From positions 36,972,879-37,036,306 of the forward strand of contig NC_068999.1 in NCBI RefSeq assembly GCF_001194135.2: DNA of 63,428 nt, in the 5' to 3' direction. Below are positions 23,713 through 36,450 of the stretch, one piece after another. Below the pieces are notes generated by a model, which made no database searches, was not told the origin of the DNA, and saw only the letters and a list, made by a program, of their open reading frames with translations. The position numbers and the translations under genes are program-made. Each line of letters starts with the position of its first letter. Position 1 is the stretch's first letter. The stretch is from Octopus bimaculoides (Eukaryota).

Positions 23713-24087
23713 GGAAAGACTTCCTTTTGAAAATATTAGACATAGTGGAAAATTGAATTCCTACCATGACTTATAATAATAATGATGAGAAAGTCATAAA
23801 AATTAAGAATTTCTATTACAAAAACTTAATTTCGGTATTATGTATATACACGTCCCAAAGATACGCAAAGTTCATAGAGTTAGGCAATTTATGTCTTAAC
23901 GTTAGGCAAAGTGGGACATGAATGTACATAAAACAGAAATGAAGTTTTTTTGTTTTTTTTTAAATACAAAATTCTTAATTTTTATAACTTTCTCATCGTT
24001 ATAAGACATGGTAGGAAATCAATTTTCCACCATGTCTAATACATTTAAAAAAAAATTTATGGGCGGGGTACAAAAGGAAGTCTTTCC
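23713..24087. mobile_element. MITE with ~130-bp TIRs inserted inside a SINE family A copy
   Basis: GGAAAGACTTCCTTTTG..ttagacat(a/g)gtggaaaattga..cctaccatg..gatgagaaagt..aaaattaagaattt mirrored at the right end ..CAAAAGGAAGTCTTTCC. SINE sequence resumes on both sides. Possible 8-bp TSD gaggggat/gaagggat. Confidence 0.75.
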
Positions 24088-25059
24088 GAAGGGATTAAGT
24101 CGATTACATCAATCCCAGTGTTCCACTGGTACTTAATTTATCGACACTGAAAGGATGAAAGGCAAAGTCGACCTCGGCGGAATTTGAACTCAGGTCATAA
24201 ATAACCACAAAGAACAATGGAAGGGACATTTACAACGACTAAATTTTTTTAAAATGGCTGTTTTCACGGATCGGACCAAAACAAAAAGTGAAAGAAAATT
24301 AGATGGATAAAATGAATGAAGATAAGACGGAAAAAAATAATTGCTTTTCACACTAAAAATAAAACCAATGATATTTTCACTATTGGATGTAAGTAGGATT
24401 CAAGTAAAGTAAGGAAAGCATGTTGAACAAAGCTAAGTAGAACAGGTAAGTAGATAGTGTACAGGTGAGATAGTATGAATAACAAACATACATATATTTA
24501 TTTACACAACTGTTTTATATCTAAGCTTTTAGCGCTGGCATTTTCCCTTCAATAATTGCTGCTCTGCAACTCTTAATCTCTTCACCTTAAACACACAAAA
24601 ACCTCAACATTGTTTGGTTGACAACCACATTATATATATATATATATCATAAGCAACATTTTCCCTTGCTCACACATAAAAATACGTATGTATAAATATA
24701 CCTCTATACACGTATACACACGTTTCAGGTAAACAGTGATGATCTGTTTGAGAGAGAGAGAGAGTGATGTTTCTAAGGAACTATAAAAAGTGGCATTAAT
24801 TCTTAGTTCCAACTCTAAATGTAATACAATAGAAGTTTTCTAGTTAACAGTAGTTGTAGCATTGACAGAATATAAAAACTTACTTGTTGAAGTATCACAG
24901 TATTAATTGTACGTATTTGTTAAAAGATTTGCACGACACAAGTAAAATGTGAAATGTCCAGCAAATTGTCACAGCCGAAACGAATAAACAATCCCAATAT
25001 ATATAGGACACACACACATAGCATAAATTTATATATATACATACATGTATGTGTGTGTG

Positions 25060-25260
25060 TTAGGTCGCTCTTGAGCACTACTGGTACCAAGTAATCCTGT
25101 TACATAGTTGGGTCGTCGCGACTAAACCGGCAACCTCACCTAGCGTACTTGGTGAGGAATATGATTGTGGGACACCTTGCAGGACAAAAAAATAAGACCC
25201 GTCAAAGGGCGGAAGAACTACAGCGTAGTCAACGGCCATTCAAAAACGTTTTGTTTGTGT
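25060..25260. promoter_or_regulatory. CpG-rich patch, candidate (bidirectional) promoter
   Basis: About ten CpGs in 200 bp in otherwise CpG-poor non-repeat DNA, between the divergent genes. A minus-strand GTAAGT donor lies at ~24883, and there are loose GGCAAC and ACTACA motifs. Inferred only. Confidence 0.3.
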
Positions 25261-25369
25261 GTGCATGTGTGTATATATATATTGTATTTCAAACTGTATT
25301 GTGTGTGTATTGTGTTTTAAATTGTATCTCAATTTTTATTTTATTTTATCCCCCTCCCCACCTTTTTTT

Positions 25370-26405
25370 ATATGATAAATGGATAAGGGGTGGATGGTGC
25401 TCTGTTTACCCAACCCGTAGCAAAGGCCGTCTATCTAAGAGAAGGTAACTCTGAGTTTAAATACTTCACTGCTGTCTTGTAGTTGGCCTTAGATTGGGCG
25501 AAGACTGGGAGAAGGATATTGATATAAAACCTGTGACTGCAAATGCACCCAATGATGTCGACTTTCTCTTCTTTTTAGATCATGCTTTGTAGTTTAGAGA
25601 GTGGGAATGATTTCTGTGCAAAAACTTTTCCTCACTTTAAAAAGCGTCAAACACAGGTATTGCTGTAAAGGAAAGAGAAATGAACATCTTGTATGCACAT
25701 GGCTGACCGAAGCCTAAAAAAGGCACAACCAAACAATGAAAGATGATATTGATACTGAAGCAAATGGCAAAAAGAGCTCTGAAACATTTTGTCCTGTGGT
25801 CTGGCCTGGCAGGTGTTCCAGAGCACCACAACCTGGACCCGGTCGTCATCCTGCAATTGTGAGTAAATTCAGGTTAAGAGATCTGCGCTTGTTGCAAAAG
25901 AGTTACAGCGATATGATATAGATGTTGTAGCATTAGCCGAAACAAGAATTCGTGGAAAAGGGTGTTTTGTAGAGAAATCAACTGGGTGAGTGACATTTGC
26001 AATTAAAACCACTATGGTTTCACAACTACCATGTGGTCATTCTGAACGTTTGATATCTTTAAGACTTCCATTAAGAAAAGATCGCTATGCAACACTCATA
26101 AGTACAAATGCTCCAGCTATGAATTCATCAGAGGATGATAAACTTGCCTTTTATCTATCACTTACAGAAATTACACGCAGTATCCCCCCTGATGACAAAG
26201 TTGTCATTTTAGATGATTTTAATGCTCGCGTTGGTGCAGATTGGGAGACCTGGGATATCTTAGGAAGGCATGGGGTTGGGAGTTCCAACAGTAATGGTTT
26301 ACTACTATTACAAATGTGCGTAGAGAGGGATTTGCGTGTCATGAACACAATGTTTCGGCTAAAAAATAAGTATAAAACGACGTGGATGCATCCTGATTCT
26401 AAGTA
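25370..26405 (+). mobile_element. RTE-clade LINE 5' part (AP endonuclease), decayed
   Basis: DDFNARVG, GRHGVGSSNSNGLLLLQMC and KTTWMHP motifs in ORF 25990-26406, with upstream stops. Confidence 0.85.
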
Positions 26406-26744
26406 AGGTTCTTTTGCACACACGCTTTGTCTTGCCAAACACGCGAAAACACATAGATACACAAACAACAATTTACACATCACAAATACCACAACTGCAT
26501 TTGTTTCTTGTAAACATTTTTTCATTTATTATTGTTTACCTATTGTGATATAACAAATGTTACCATTTTAATAAATAACTTATAACGCATTCTAAAAGTT
26601 TTGTCAACTTAATGTTCTACACCGCATTCAACCAATTTTACACCTGATTATAAACAAGAGAGACAGCAAACACGTAAATTGAACATCGGCTTCCTCCGTG
26701 GCAGAATCCAAAATACATCATATATATATATATATATATATATA

Positions 26745-27480
26745 GGAATCTTGAAAGCATGAAGTGGATTCGATCCACTATACCCAAATTTGAATTAACA
26801 CTGCGTCAGAACTTTTCCCACGTGGAACAATGGTTTTGATCTGACAGCAGTTAGATATTTCCCAGACGCCTTTAGCTAGGCCGAAGCGATGTCGCCAACA
26901 CTTGACCCTTTCTGACCTCTTCTTCTCCATCAAATCTAGAATAGAGATAACAAGACCGCCAGCTAAATCCTTTGTTCTCACTATTCTTCTAGATAGCTAT
27001 AAAAACAGGAGACCCCAAGCCAAACGTTTAGTGGTCACTTGGCGACAACGGAGCGAAGCAACTCGTGACAACCAGCAGTTAGGGAATGGACATCTACAGA
27101 TACAGTCACAAGCAGTCAGCCACCTAAAAGACAACACGACAAAAGGGAGAAAGAAGTTTACAACCAGCCAACTATGAGACACAACTTCCCTCGACGCTAT
27201 AACTATCACTAGCTCTCATCTCTTTACTCGGTAAACCCTGTGTTTTTATCTGTTTACTATTACAAGAATGTGTACACACCTATACAGGCCAAAATTAACT
27301 TTCTTTTCCTTGCATGCTTTAAGAACTGTGTTATACGATTACACTAACCTACCCGTCGTGGTATGGCGACATATAAAGTAACGGTAAATAAATATTTCTA
27401 TAAAAACTTCATAAATTGTTTATCTTGCGCATCCCGCAGCACATCGCTACAAACTAACAATTATCGTTACAATTGGTAAT
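26745..27480. repeat. Unclassified dispersed repeat abutting (TA)n, long copy
   Basis: Both ends align with 48956-49250. This copy carries ~400 bp extra between aggccgaa and aggccaaa. Confidence 0.75.
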
Positions 27481-28629
27481 CTCTGACTTAAACATATCGA
27501 TACCATTACGCACGCACACACACACACACACATATATATATATACTCTTTTACTTGTTTCAGTCATTTGACTGTGGCCATGCTGGAGCGCTGCCTTTAGT
27601 CGAGCAAATCGACCCCCAGGACTTATTCTTTGGAAGCCTAGTACTTATTCTATCGGTCTGTTTTGACGAACCGTTAAGTTACGGGGACGTAAACACACCA
27701 GGATCGGTTGTCAAGCGATGTTGGAGGACAAACACAGACACACAAACATATANNNNNNNNNNNNNNNNNNNNNNNNNNNNNNNNNNNNNNNNNNNNNNNN
27801 NNNNNNNNNNNNNNNNNNNNNNNNNNNNNNNNNNNNNNNNNNNNNNNNNNNNAGTCTATCCTCCTCAGAATGTAATCTCTCTAACATTCTCTCTTTGCTG
27901 TACTTGTCATGTTGTTGTCAACTTTCAGCTGTTTCAGTGGAAACATAACAACATTCACCTTACTAATTTAGGAGCAACTGCAAACACCACGGGCACAGTC
28001 ATTTTCCATCTGGCTGGATTGTTAGAGTTATTTGAGAGTTGGGGAAAATGCAAGCTATATTTAGTTAGGGCTTATTATCCTCCAAGTCCAGATTCTTCTT
28101 TTATCCTTTGATAAAATAAATCAGATGTTTTCAATCTACCTGCTACATGAAGTTTCAGCATACCTTTGTCAATCTACTGATGCTACTTGGAGGCCTACAG
28201 TTTGAATGGGGTGTTTCTGTGGCCTACAGTTTGAATGGGGTGTTCCATTGACCTGATCATAAAATGAAGTACCAGTAGTCGTGTATTCTTATGATGCATT
28301 CTAAGTATAAATCAAATCATAATGAAGAGAGTGACAGAAACATATCTCATATTTTACACTGCAACTGTTGTAATATTGGTAAAGATAGGCAAAAGGTAAT
28401 GGCATCTTCATTTAGGTAAAGTTTATTGCTTTTTATTCAATTACCTGTATAGTTTGGATTGGTATATACTGTGAATTTTCTATTAAAACGTTTATCGAGA
28501 CTGATGAATATGGGAATTTTTATTTTTATTTTTGTTGCACCCTGTAAAAGATTTACTTTATATATCCATATGTATATTGTGTGTTTTATATAACACTCAA
28601 TATTGATAATTGAAATTTTATATTCCCAG

Positions 28630-28853
28630 GAACAATCATACAACGACATCGTATTCCTAAACCACAGCCTCATGATAAGGAGCTTTATACTCTGGAAGAC
28701 TTCAATGTTGGGTCAGTTGTGAACTTTTACAGCAAAGTCTTCAAGATAGTTGACTGTGATCCATTTACATATAATTTCCTGTACAACAATGGTGAGAAAA
28801 TTCCTAAACCTGGGACAGTTCCCAAGGATCCCTATACTGAATATCGCCGAACA
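28630..28853 (+). CDS. EFHC2: EF-hand domain-containing family member C2, first visible exon (C-terminal half of DM10-1)
   Basis: CAG acceptor at 28627-29 and GTACGT donor, phase 1 to 0: GTIIQRHRIPKPQPHDKELYTLEDFNVGSVVNFYSKVFKIVDCDPFTYNFL..PKDPYTEYRRT. Confidence 0.93.
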
Positions 28854-31191
28854 GTACGTGTAAACTAATTTCACCTCAAGCAAAGCTATCAGCTCTATTC
28901 TATGCATTTCTTTTTTTTAAAAATTTTTGTAATATGCAAATATTTTTCTCTTGCTAAGTTTGTATATTGATTCCAGGCAAAACCAGAGCCATGCCTTAAC
29001 CCAGTATTTGACAATTATTTATTTTATTAATTTTCAGTATTTTATATTATTGATCATTAGTATTTAAGTGGTACTTTTGGAACTGACCCAAGTACTTGAA
29101 TGAAACTTACTGTATTATCCTCACAAGGATAAAGGACAAAGTCCATCCTGGTTGGATTGGAATTTAGAACATAACGAGATGTAACTAAAGTCGATGAAGT
29201 GTTTTGTTTGACATCTTCATCATCGTCCTCCTCGATTAACATAAACTATCCATACTGGCACGAGTAGGATGNNNNNNNNNNNNNNNNNNNNNNNNNNNNN
29301 NNNNNNNNNNNNNNNNNNNNNNNNNNNNNNNNNNNNNNNNNNNNNNNNNNNNNNNNNNNNNNNNNNNNNNNNNNNNNNNNNNNNNNNNNNNNNNNNNNNN
29401 NNNNNNNNNNNNNNNNNNNNNNNNNNNNNNNNNNNNNNNNNNNNNNNNNNNNNNNNNNNNNNNNNNNNNNNNNNNNNNNNNNNNNNNNNNNNNNNNNNNN
29501 NNNNNNNNNNNNNNNNNNNNNNNNNNNNNNNNNNNNNNNNNNNNNNNNNNNNNNNNNNNNNNNNNNNNNNNNNGCATTCAAGGAACAATAATAGAATTGA
29601 GTGGGGACAGGATCAACTTGAAGAAATTGCAAAAAGAGTATCGGGCACTGAATACAGAAATTTTGGTTTGAATCTCAAGCCTTTAGTTTTTCAGTCTACC
29701 ACTTTCCCAACTGAACTCTTTCAGATACCACAATGCGAATTATAGCTGACCAACATAAGACAACAGCTGAGACATCATAGGTTGGCTGATTGTGATAGTG
29801 AACACTATTGTGCAGGAGCTTCTGTATTAAGATTTCATTTTCAGTTTGAAGCAAACATTATTCTTATTTTTTTTGTTTGACTTCAGGGTTAACCTTTTAG
29901 CAGACCTGTAAGCAAAAGCATTCCTGCTTTATTATATTTTGTTTCTTTCAAGCATCCTGTATGTACAACTGCATTATCAATGTCCTTCTGTTTTTTTAAA
30001 GATAGTAGCATGTAACATGAGATAATTGGATGCTATTTTTACCAATTTGAATGATCTTTTAGAGATTTCGTCATAGACTTAAAACTATAAGTAAATGCTT
30101 TTTCCACAAGTTAACCCTAATCAGGACTATGACCAAGGACATTCCAATCATGGCCATCCTATGTTATTATTCAAGGTGCAGAGCATTGGGAATCAAGTCA
30201 TTCGATATATTCTGCCTTTCTTTGTGTGTGGTGATTCTAGATGGAAATTACTGTTGCATTTAGCATACTGAATAATCATGCAGAGCAGTGGTTCCCAAAT
30301 TCTTCACAACTAATGATTCCTTTCATAAAAAAATTGAATTTTCTCGAAAACCCCAAGATTTTGAAAGGTTTATTTACTTAATAGATATTGAGCTTAGCTT
30401 GCACAATCCGGGTACTATGTTTTTGGATGCTAAGTGTCTCTGTAGAGCTCAAGCAGAAAACTATTGATGCAGACAGTTCCTCAACATCAAACCAGATCAT
30501 TTCATTTAAGTTGTACCATGAGTGCGGTAATGTCCAATTTACACCTACCCCTCCTTGAAGATATAAGACATTTGGTTTAGACAAATTACATTCTTATAAG
30601 TATCTGCAATGGTATCTCGTTTTGTTTGACATCTTCATCATCGTCCTCCTTGATTAACATAAACTATCCATACTGGCACGAGTAGGATGATTTGGCAGGA
30701 TCCATCAGGTGTGGAAAATGAATTGTGCACCTATATCTATTTTAGCATGGTGTCTATGGCTGGACATCCGTCATAATGGCATCCACTTTACATCCCAGCA
30801 TGTACCATTTAGCCTTGCACTCAACATCATTAGCGTCATAGTCATTACCATCATCATCATCATCATTTCCTCCTTCACCACCATCTTCATTATTGCCAGT
30901 GGCAACATCATCATTGTCATTGACATCAATATAACCATCATTATCATCATCAACATTGAATATTAGATATTCCTTGCTGTTATGAGTCAGACAGTTTTCC
31001 TTCAGTAGAGCTTTAGAAAGAGATGTTAGTTGACTCTTATGATATGGAGATTCAGTGTACAGTTTCTAAAACTCAGGCAACCATTGGAAATTTAGCCCAG
31101 CATTCTATGACATTTTCTACCTTTCTACTTATTAATTTTACAATGTTACTGAAAACTTGCAAAGAATTTATCATTGTCTTCTCTTCTGAAG

Positions 31192-31443
31192 GTTGATGAA
31201 GGCCAGAAGCCCATGCGACCTTATCAAAAGATCGATATGTTGAAGCAGTTCCTTGTCCATGACCAGCATGTACTTAGATTCTACTGTCTCTGGGATGACT
31301 CGGATGCAATGTTTGGTGACCCACACAAGATGGTGCTTCTCTACTTCCTCTCTGATGACACAATAGAAATCCATGAAGACATCCTGCCTAACAGTGGCCG
31401 TGACCAAATTTCAGTTTTCATCAAAAGAGGGAAATTACCAAAA
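31192..31443 (+). CDS. EFHC2: EFHC2 exon (start of DM10-2)
   Basis: AAG|GTT..AAA|GTAAAT, phase 0-0: PMRPYQKIDMLKQFLVHDQHVLRFYCLWDDSDAMFGD..YFLSDDTIEIHEDILPNSGRD..KRGKLPK. Confidence 0.95.
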
Positions 31444-32409
31444 GTAAATATATTTTGTGCTTTTCTTCTTCAACAAAATTTGGTTATTTCAAACAATTTT
31501 CTACTGCATCATCTGCTAAACCTCTGTGTTGCTGGGATGTGTACAGCTTTGTGTGTTCTTTTTTGGCTGTTAGGAGCAGTGCAAATGCTTCCCAGTATTG
31601 TATTGCATCTTTTGTTATGGAGTCTGATGCAGTCTTTGGTTGTATTAGCATTTGTGCTGTATGTGTAATGCATTGGGTACGTGGCCAGATGGTGCTTGTT
31701 TATTTTCTTTGAAACTTGGTCTATTTTAGTTTGAGGCATTTTCCCCTTTCACAGAATATATATCACCAGATATTTGCAAGAGTTCTTTCCAAAATTGTTT
31801 CCCTTATAACAGTATTTCTTCTTCTCCATATTTGATATACTTGTTTTATTATTCATGTGTGTTTTGGGTATAGCTTGGCAGTGTAGAATGCATTTCATAC
31901 TTCATATATAGTCGTCATCTGTCCACTGTTATCTTTTGGTTTGTTTTGCTCTTGTGCAGTGTTAAGTTTTTAGCACAACACCATCTCTAGAAATGTGCTA
32001 TGGCTTCTTTTGTATCTTGATTGCCCGAGGCTCACAAATCAAAATTCACCTATTTGTTTTCTTACTTTTATTACTGAGCATATCTGCTTTTTTCTCTCTG
32101 TTTAAGATGAGATATGCTGCATCTTATATTCATTAATTCTCTCTTAAGTTGTTTAAACACCGTGTTCTATGTTGTCTTGTTCATATGTGAAAGATTGTAT
32201 GTGTATGTGTGTGAACTGTATAAACATTACATTTGTGTTTATGTTTAAAAATGTAAATACATATATGATTATTATTTGTACTTGCATTTCTTTTTTTGTT
32301 TTTTAATAGGGATGTCATATTTTCATCTATTGCTTCATTTTGTACATCACACATTTCACTTAAGGAACAATCAATAACAAGTTGACAAAAGTTCCTCACT
32401 ATTTCCTCT

Positions 32410-33760
32410 CCTGTTCCTTACATAGACAAAACTTTCTTGAAAATCCTTGCTGTACCAAGGAGTGCTGTTGTTTGCATGACTTGTGACTTTGCATCAGTAA
32501 AGATTTTATTTACACACTCCTCAAAACTGCCTGATATGCATCCCAATGCTCCCATCTTCGCTGAAATCATTAAGACTAGACAACACAAGATGATATGGTC
32601 CGCTGTCTCATTGTGCTGGTTGCACATTCTGCATTTTGTGTTAGAGCCTGTTTTCATTATTTTGCTTCTATAATTGTTTGTAGTCAGGCATTAATCTTGT
32701 GCAGCGAGAAGCAATCGTGTTTCTGCTTTTAGTCTAGCAAATTTAAGCTGCTTTTATTGTCTTTTACTTAAGCTCACTTCCTCTCTGTCAAGCCTTATAA
32801 GTTATTTGCCACGGAGTGGTTTTTATCTTCATTTCTCTTTCAATCATCATCATCATCATCATTGTTTAACGTCCGCTTTCCATGCTAGCATGGGTTGGAC
32901 GATTTGACTGAGGACTGGTGAAACCGGATGGCAACACCAGGCTCCAATCTGTTGTTTCTTGTCTCTTTGACCATCTCTGCTGTGATATCATCTGCGGTCA
33001 GTGTATCAGTGTGGTTTGTTTCTGTTTTGTATTCTGTTGCCTCTTGTGTTACCTTATTACATGCAGTAGTCTTCCACTCTTTGTTTCAAAGTACTTTCCT
33101 AGTCCAACTGTTGTTATTTTATAACTCTCTATCTGTATTAGACCACAGTCTCCTGAGCAGGGTAGATACATTGTCTGCATCTGCTTTGGGGTGGTCATTT
33201 TGGTACACTGGTTAAGTTTTCTGTTTTTTCTGCCTAGGGTTCTCAATTCACTGATATTCTATTTTATTATGTTAAAGCTGTACTTTATGACTGGTATGGC
33301 TAGCGTGTTTATCCCTGTTATTTTATTTTTAGCATTAAGCTCAGTGTTTAATACTACTTTAACTCTTCTAAAATACTCTCCTAATTTTCTATTTCATTTC
33401 TGTGTTGTATTTTAGCTGTTTTGTCTGTTCCTAGATATTTGTATGAGTGATTATGGTCTAATTCTCTTATTTATGTGTCTATGTTGAGAGCAGTATTTTC
33501 AAGGTTGATTACTTCGTCTCTTCTCAATGTGACTTCAGCACATTTGTCCAGCCCCATGATCATTCTGATGTCCTTGCTAAAACAATGGAAAATTTTGACA
33601 AGGTTTCTTTGGTGTTTTAGTGAAAATTTTAAGGTCATCCATGTACAGGAGATGGTTTATTGTTTGTCTATACCACCTATAAACTTAGCAGGGTTAGAGA
33701 AAGGCAGCAAAGCAAGGGTGACAGTGAGTCTCCCTGTAAAATACCCTTTCTGATGGGTAT
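32410..33760 (-). mobile_element. R4/Dong-like (restriction-like endonuclease) non-LTR retrotransposon, decayed and deleted
   Basis: INHLLYMDDLKIF (RT) near 33620-33660, the CRMCNQHNETADHIILCC zinc motif and the C-terminal TALLGTARIFKKVLSM*. A family D repeat interrupts it at 32845-32950. Confidence 0.8.
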
Positions 33761-34600
33761 AGGGTAGGTTTTAATGACTTCTGAGTCATTTTTTAATGTT
33801 ATAATACTTTTCCACTTTGCCATTACATGTTTGATATATTTTAGTAGTAGTGTAGATAACTTATTATCATTTATGGTTTCCTTTCATTATAACTTTATTT
33901 CAGCTGCCTTTGTACTGTTGACCTCCTCCAGAGGCCAAGCGTAGCAAGGGCACTTTTGTTTTGCTCTGAATGCTAAAATCATCACCGTTGTGTTGTTACT
34001 ATTAATAGTAGTGGTATTTTTAAGGAGGTGATATGTCAGAATTGTTAATTTATCAGATGTAATACTTAATGAACATTTTACCTGTCTTTATGTTCTGATT
34101 TCAAATTTTGCTGAGGTCACTTTGGCCTTTCATCCTTTCAGGGACTATAATTATCAGCTGAGCACTGAGGTTGGTGCAGTCAACTAATCCTCTCATCCAA
34201 AATTTCAGGCCATGTGCCTATGGTTGATGGGATTATTATTATTTCATATATGACAACTGATTAGACTGTAACAAAAGATTCCTACCATTTGGCTACAATA
34301 AGTAGGATATGAACTCAGGATTTAAGATGCCAGAACAAATACTATAAGATTAGTTCAAGGCTATTATAGAAGACACTTGCCAAGAACTATATGGTTGAGA
34401 AGCAAACTTGTTGCCACACAGCCATACCTGTGCCTCCATCTTAAATGGGAAGTTCTCCAAAGACAAAACATGATAGTAGCTAGTATATTTATGTCCAAAT
34501 CTACTGAAATGTATTGACAATGAATAGGCGTGTCATTGCTCTGATTCTTGCTGTTAATTGTGCACATGACAAAATTAATCAATTATATTCCTTTATTCAG

Positions 34601-34705
34601 GTACCTGATGGTCTGCCTCTCCATGGTCAAAAGGTTGACCGAACAGTCTTAAATGTTTTTGGCTCAATGCATTCTAAAGGACGTTACATTCTGGACAACT
34701 TAAAG
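34601..34705 (+). CDS. EFHC2: EFHC2 exon (DM10-2 insert)
   Basis: TTCAG|GTA..AAG|GTAATA, phase 0-0: VPDGLPLHGQKVDRTVLNVFGSMHSKGRYILDNLK, comparable to the EFHC2 ..GQITDRAVLN.. region. Confidence 0.9.
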
Positions 34706-35619
34706 GTAATAAGTGTGAAGGTAGTTCTTTGTTTTTGTATCTTAATTGAGTATCTACATATAGAAGTGGAGTACTAACGAATAAGGCTAAATATAATGGT
34801 GGTTGCTTTTACATGGCACCAGCATGTGTGCTTTTACATGGATAGCACAAGCACAAACGAGCCTGCATCACTAAGATTTGTATGTATGTACGTGTATATA
34901 TGTATATATATATATATACACATACATATACTGTGTGTGTGTGTGTGTATTATCATTGTTGTTGTCAACACCACTTGTCAGAGTTTGGTTCATTTGAAGC
35001 TTCACTGATGCTTAAATTTGGCATTAATCCAATGGCGCAGTTGGCAAGGGAACTATTTGGTACTCCTCTTCAGCAACACACCTGCTCCAATCCCTCTATA
35101 ATACTATTGTCCTTTAAGATAAGGCATAAAGACACCTCTTTCAATATTATACCACAACTCAAATTTAGAGTCTTATTTTGTAAGTTGGTGACCTCACAAA
35201 CATTGCTGCCATATAAAAAGCATCTATTACACTGTAAATTGATTGACGTTTGGAAAGGCCTCCAGCCATACAATCTATGTTTGTTTGTTTGTATGTATAT
35301 ACTTATTCAGTTTTATTTCAAGATTTTTTACCAATAAAGAAAGAGCAAGTTTCTAACCTTGATCCAAACATCCTTCACTGGAATTTGAATAACATCAACA
35401 AGGTGTTTTTGTGTGTATGTATGTATATATATATATATATATATATAATTCAAATATAGGATAAAATCTTTAGAAGAATTTATTAAGTAGTTAGCATGAA
35501 AGAAACCTCATAAAGGAAAAATCCATTAATTATTCCCAATAAATATATTTATTTATATTAAGAGCATTACTATACATAAATGCCTCAAGCTAGGAGGGAC
35601 TCACTTCAATTACTCCGAT

Positions 35620-36450
35620 CTAATCAAGCAGTCCAAATGTTGGTATGAGTACTGGCACTGCAAACACATTGTAGACCACTGTTTTATTGAAAGCAGAGAC
35701 GTCTGAGATCTATATTTTCTTTATTTGGCTGTAATTTTCTTTTGTGACAGGTGTTTTGTTACAGGTGCCATTGTAAAATGTGTTTTCATCCACCACTAGA
35801 TACCTATAACATTACTCATCAGATATAGGGAATACATTTAAGCCATTGATGGAAATGTAGCTAGTCTGGTTTACCGTTTTCTCTCTTTTCACAACCATAT
35901 AGCAACATTTAATCTGACCACACCCCAGAACTATATCCTATGAGAATGTTGTAACCAAGTAAAAGTCTCTTTTTCATCTCATGCATATTCTTTGAAGCCA
36001 TCCACGAAGGAACAGAGTGCTATTTTGGTATTTCTGTTTCCTTGTAAACCAGTGAGATATCCTTCAGAATTCCTTAAAAAGCTTTCAGAAGATATAAACA
36101 GCATCACAGAGAGGCTATCCCCTTCGAATATGCCTCTGCAATACTTTATTTTACTAATGGTAATACAATCACTCTTTGTATTTAATTTCAGGTTGGCTAT
36201 ACCTTCAACTATGCTCGCTGGAACTTTAGCAAGTTAAAGGGCTTCTAACATCAATGCATGGGGGACAGAGTCAAAGGTTTTCTTGTAGTCCATCCACATT
36301 GAAACCAGGTTCCTGCACCTCTGACATTACAGTTTTGTTTCTTAACAATTGTTTGACAATTGATTGTACACATTGCTGTACCATCAATGTGGACTAATGA
36401 AGTAGCCTTTATATGGTTGCCTGATCTGCTAGGAACAGCAGCCAAGCTCT
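35620..36450 (-). mobile_element. Decayed RTE-type endonuclease fragment
   Basis: Frameshifted remnants resembling the LINE AP-endonuclease N..NG.YL..F and TWL motifs; heavily degraded. Confidence 0.45.

Noticed and set aside
24520-24586. Minus-strand exon-like stretch reading GEEIKSCRAAIIEGKMPALKA*
   Set aside because: All frames close quickly and I could not join it in frame to the 22.3-kb exon. It is at best a 5'-UTR exon, with no support for coding.
28190-28245. 24-bp tandem duplication ggcctacagtttgaatggggtgtt
   Set aside because: An ordinary slippage duplication in an intron, with no sign of function.
31444-31668. Hydrophobic C-terminal extensions of ORFs 31174-31668, 41783-42280 and 44852-45157
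   Set aside because: Read-through past clear GT donors into T-rich intron. The spliced EFHC2 frame explains the conserved parts.
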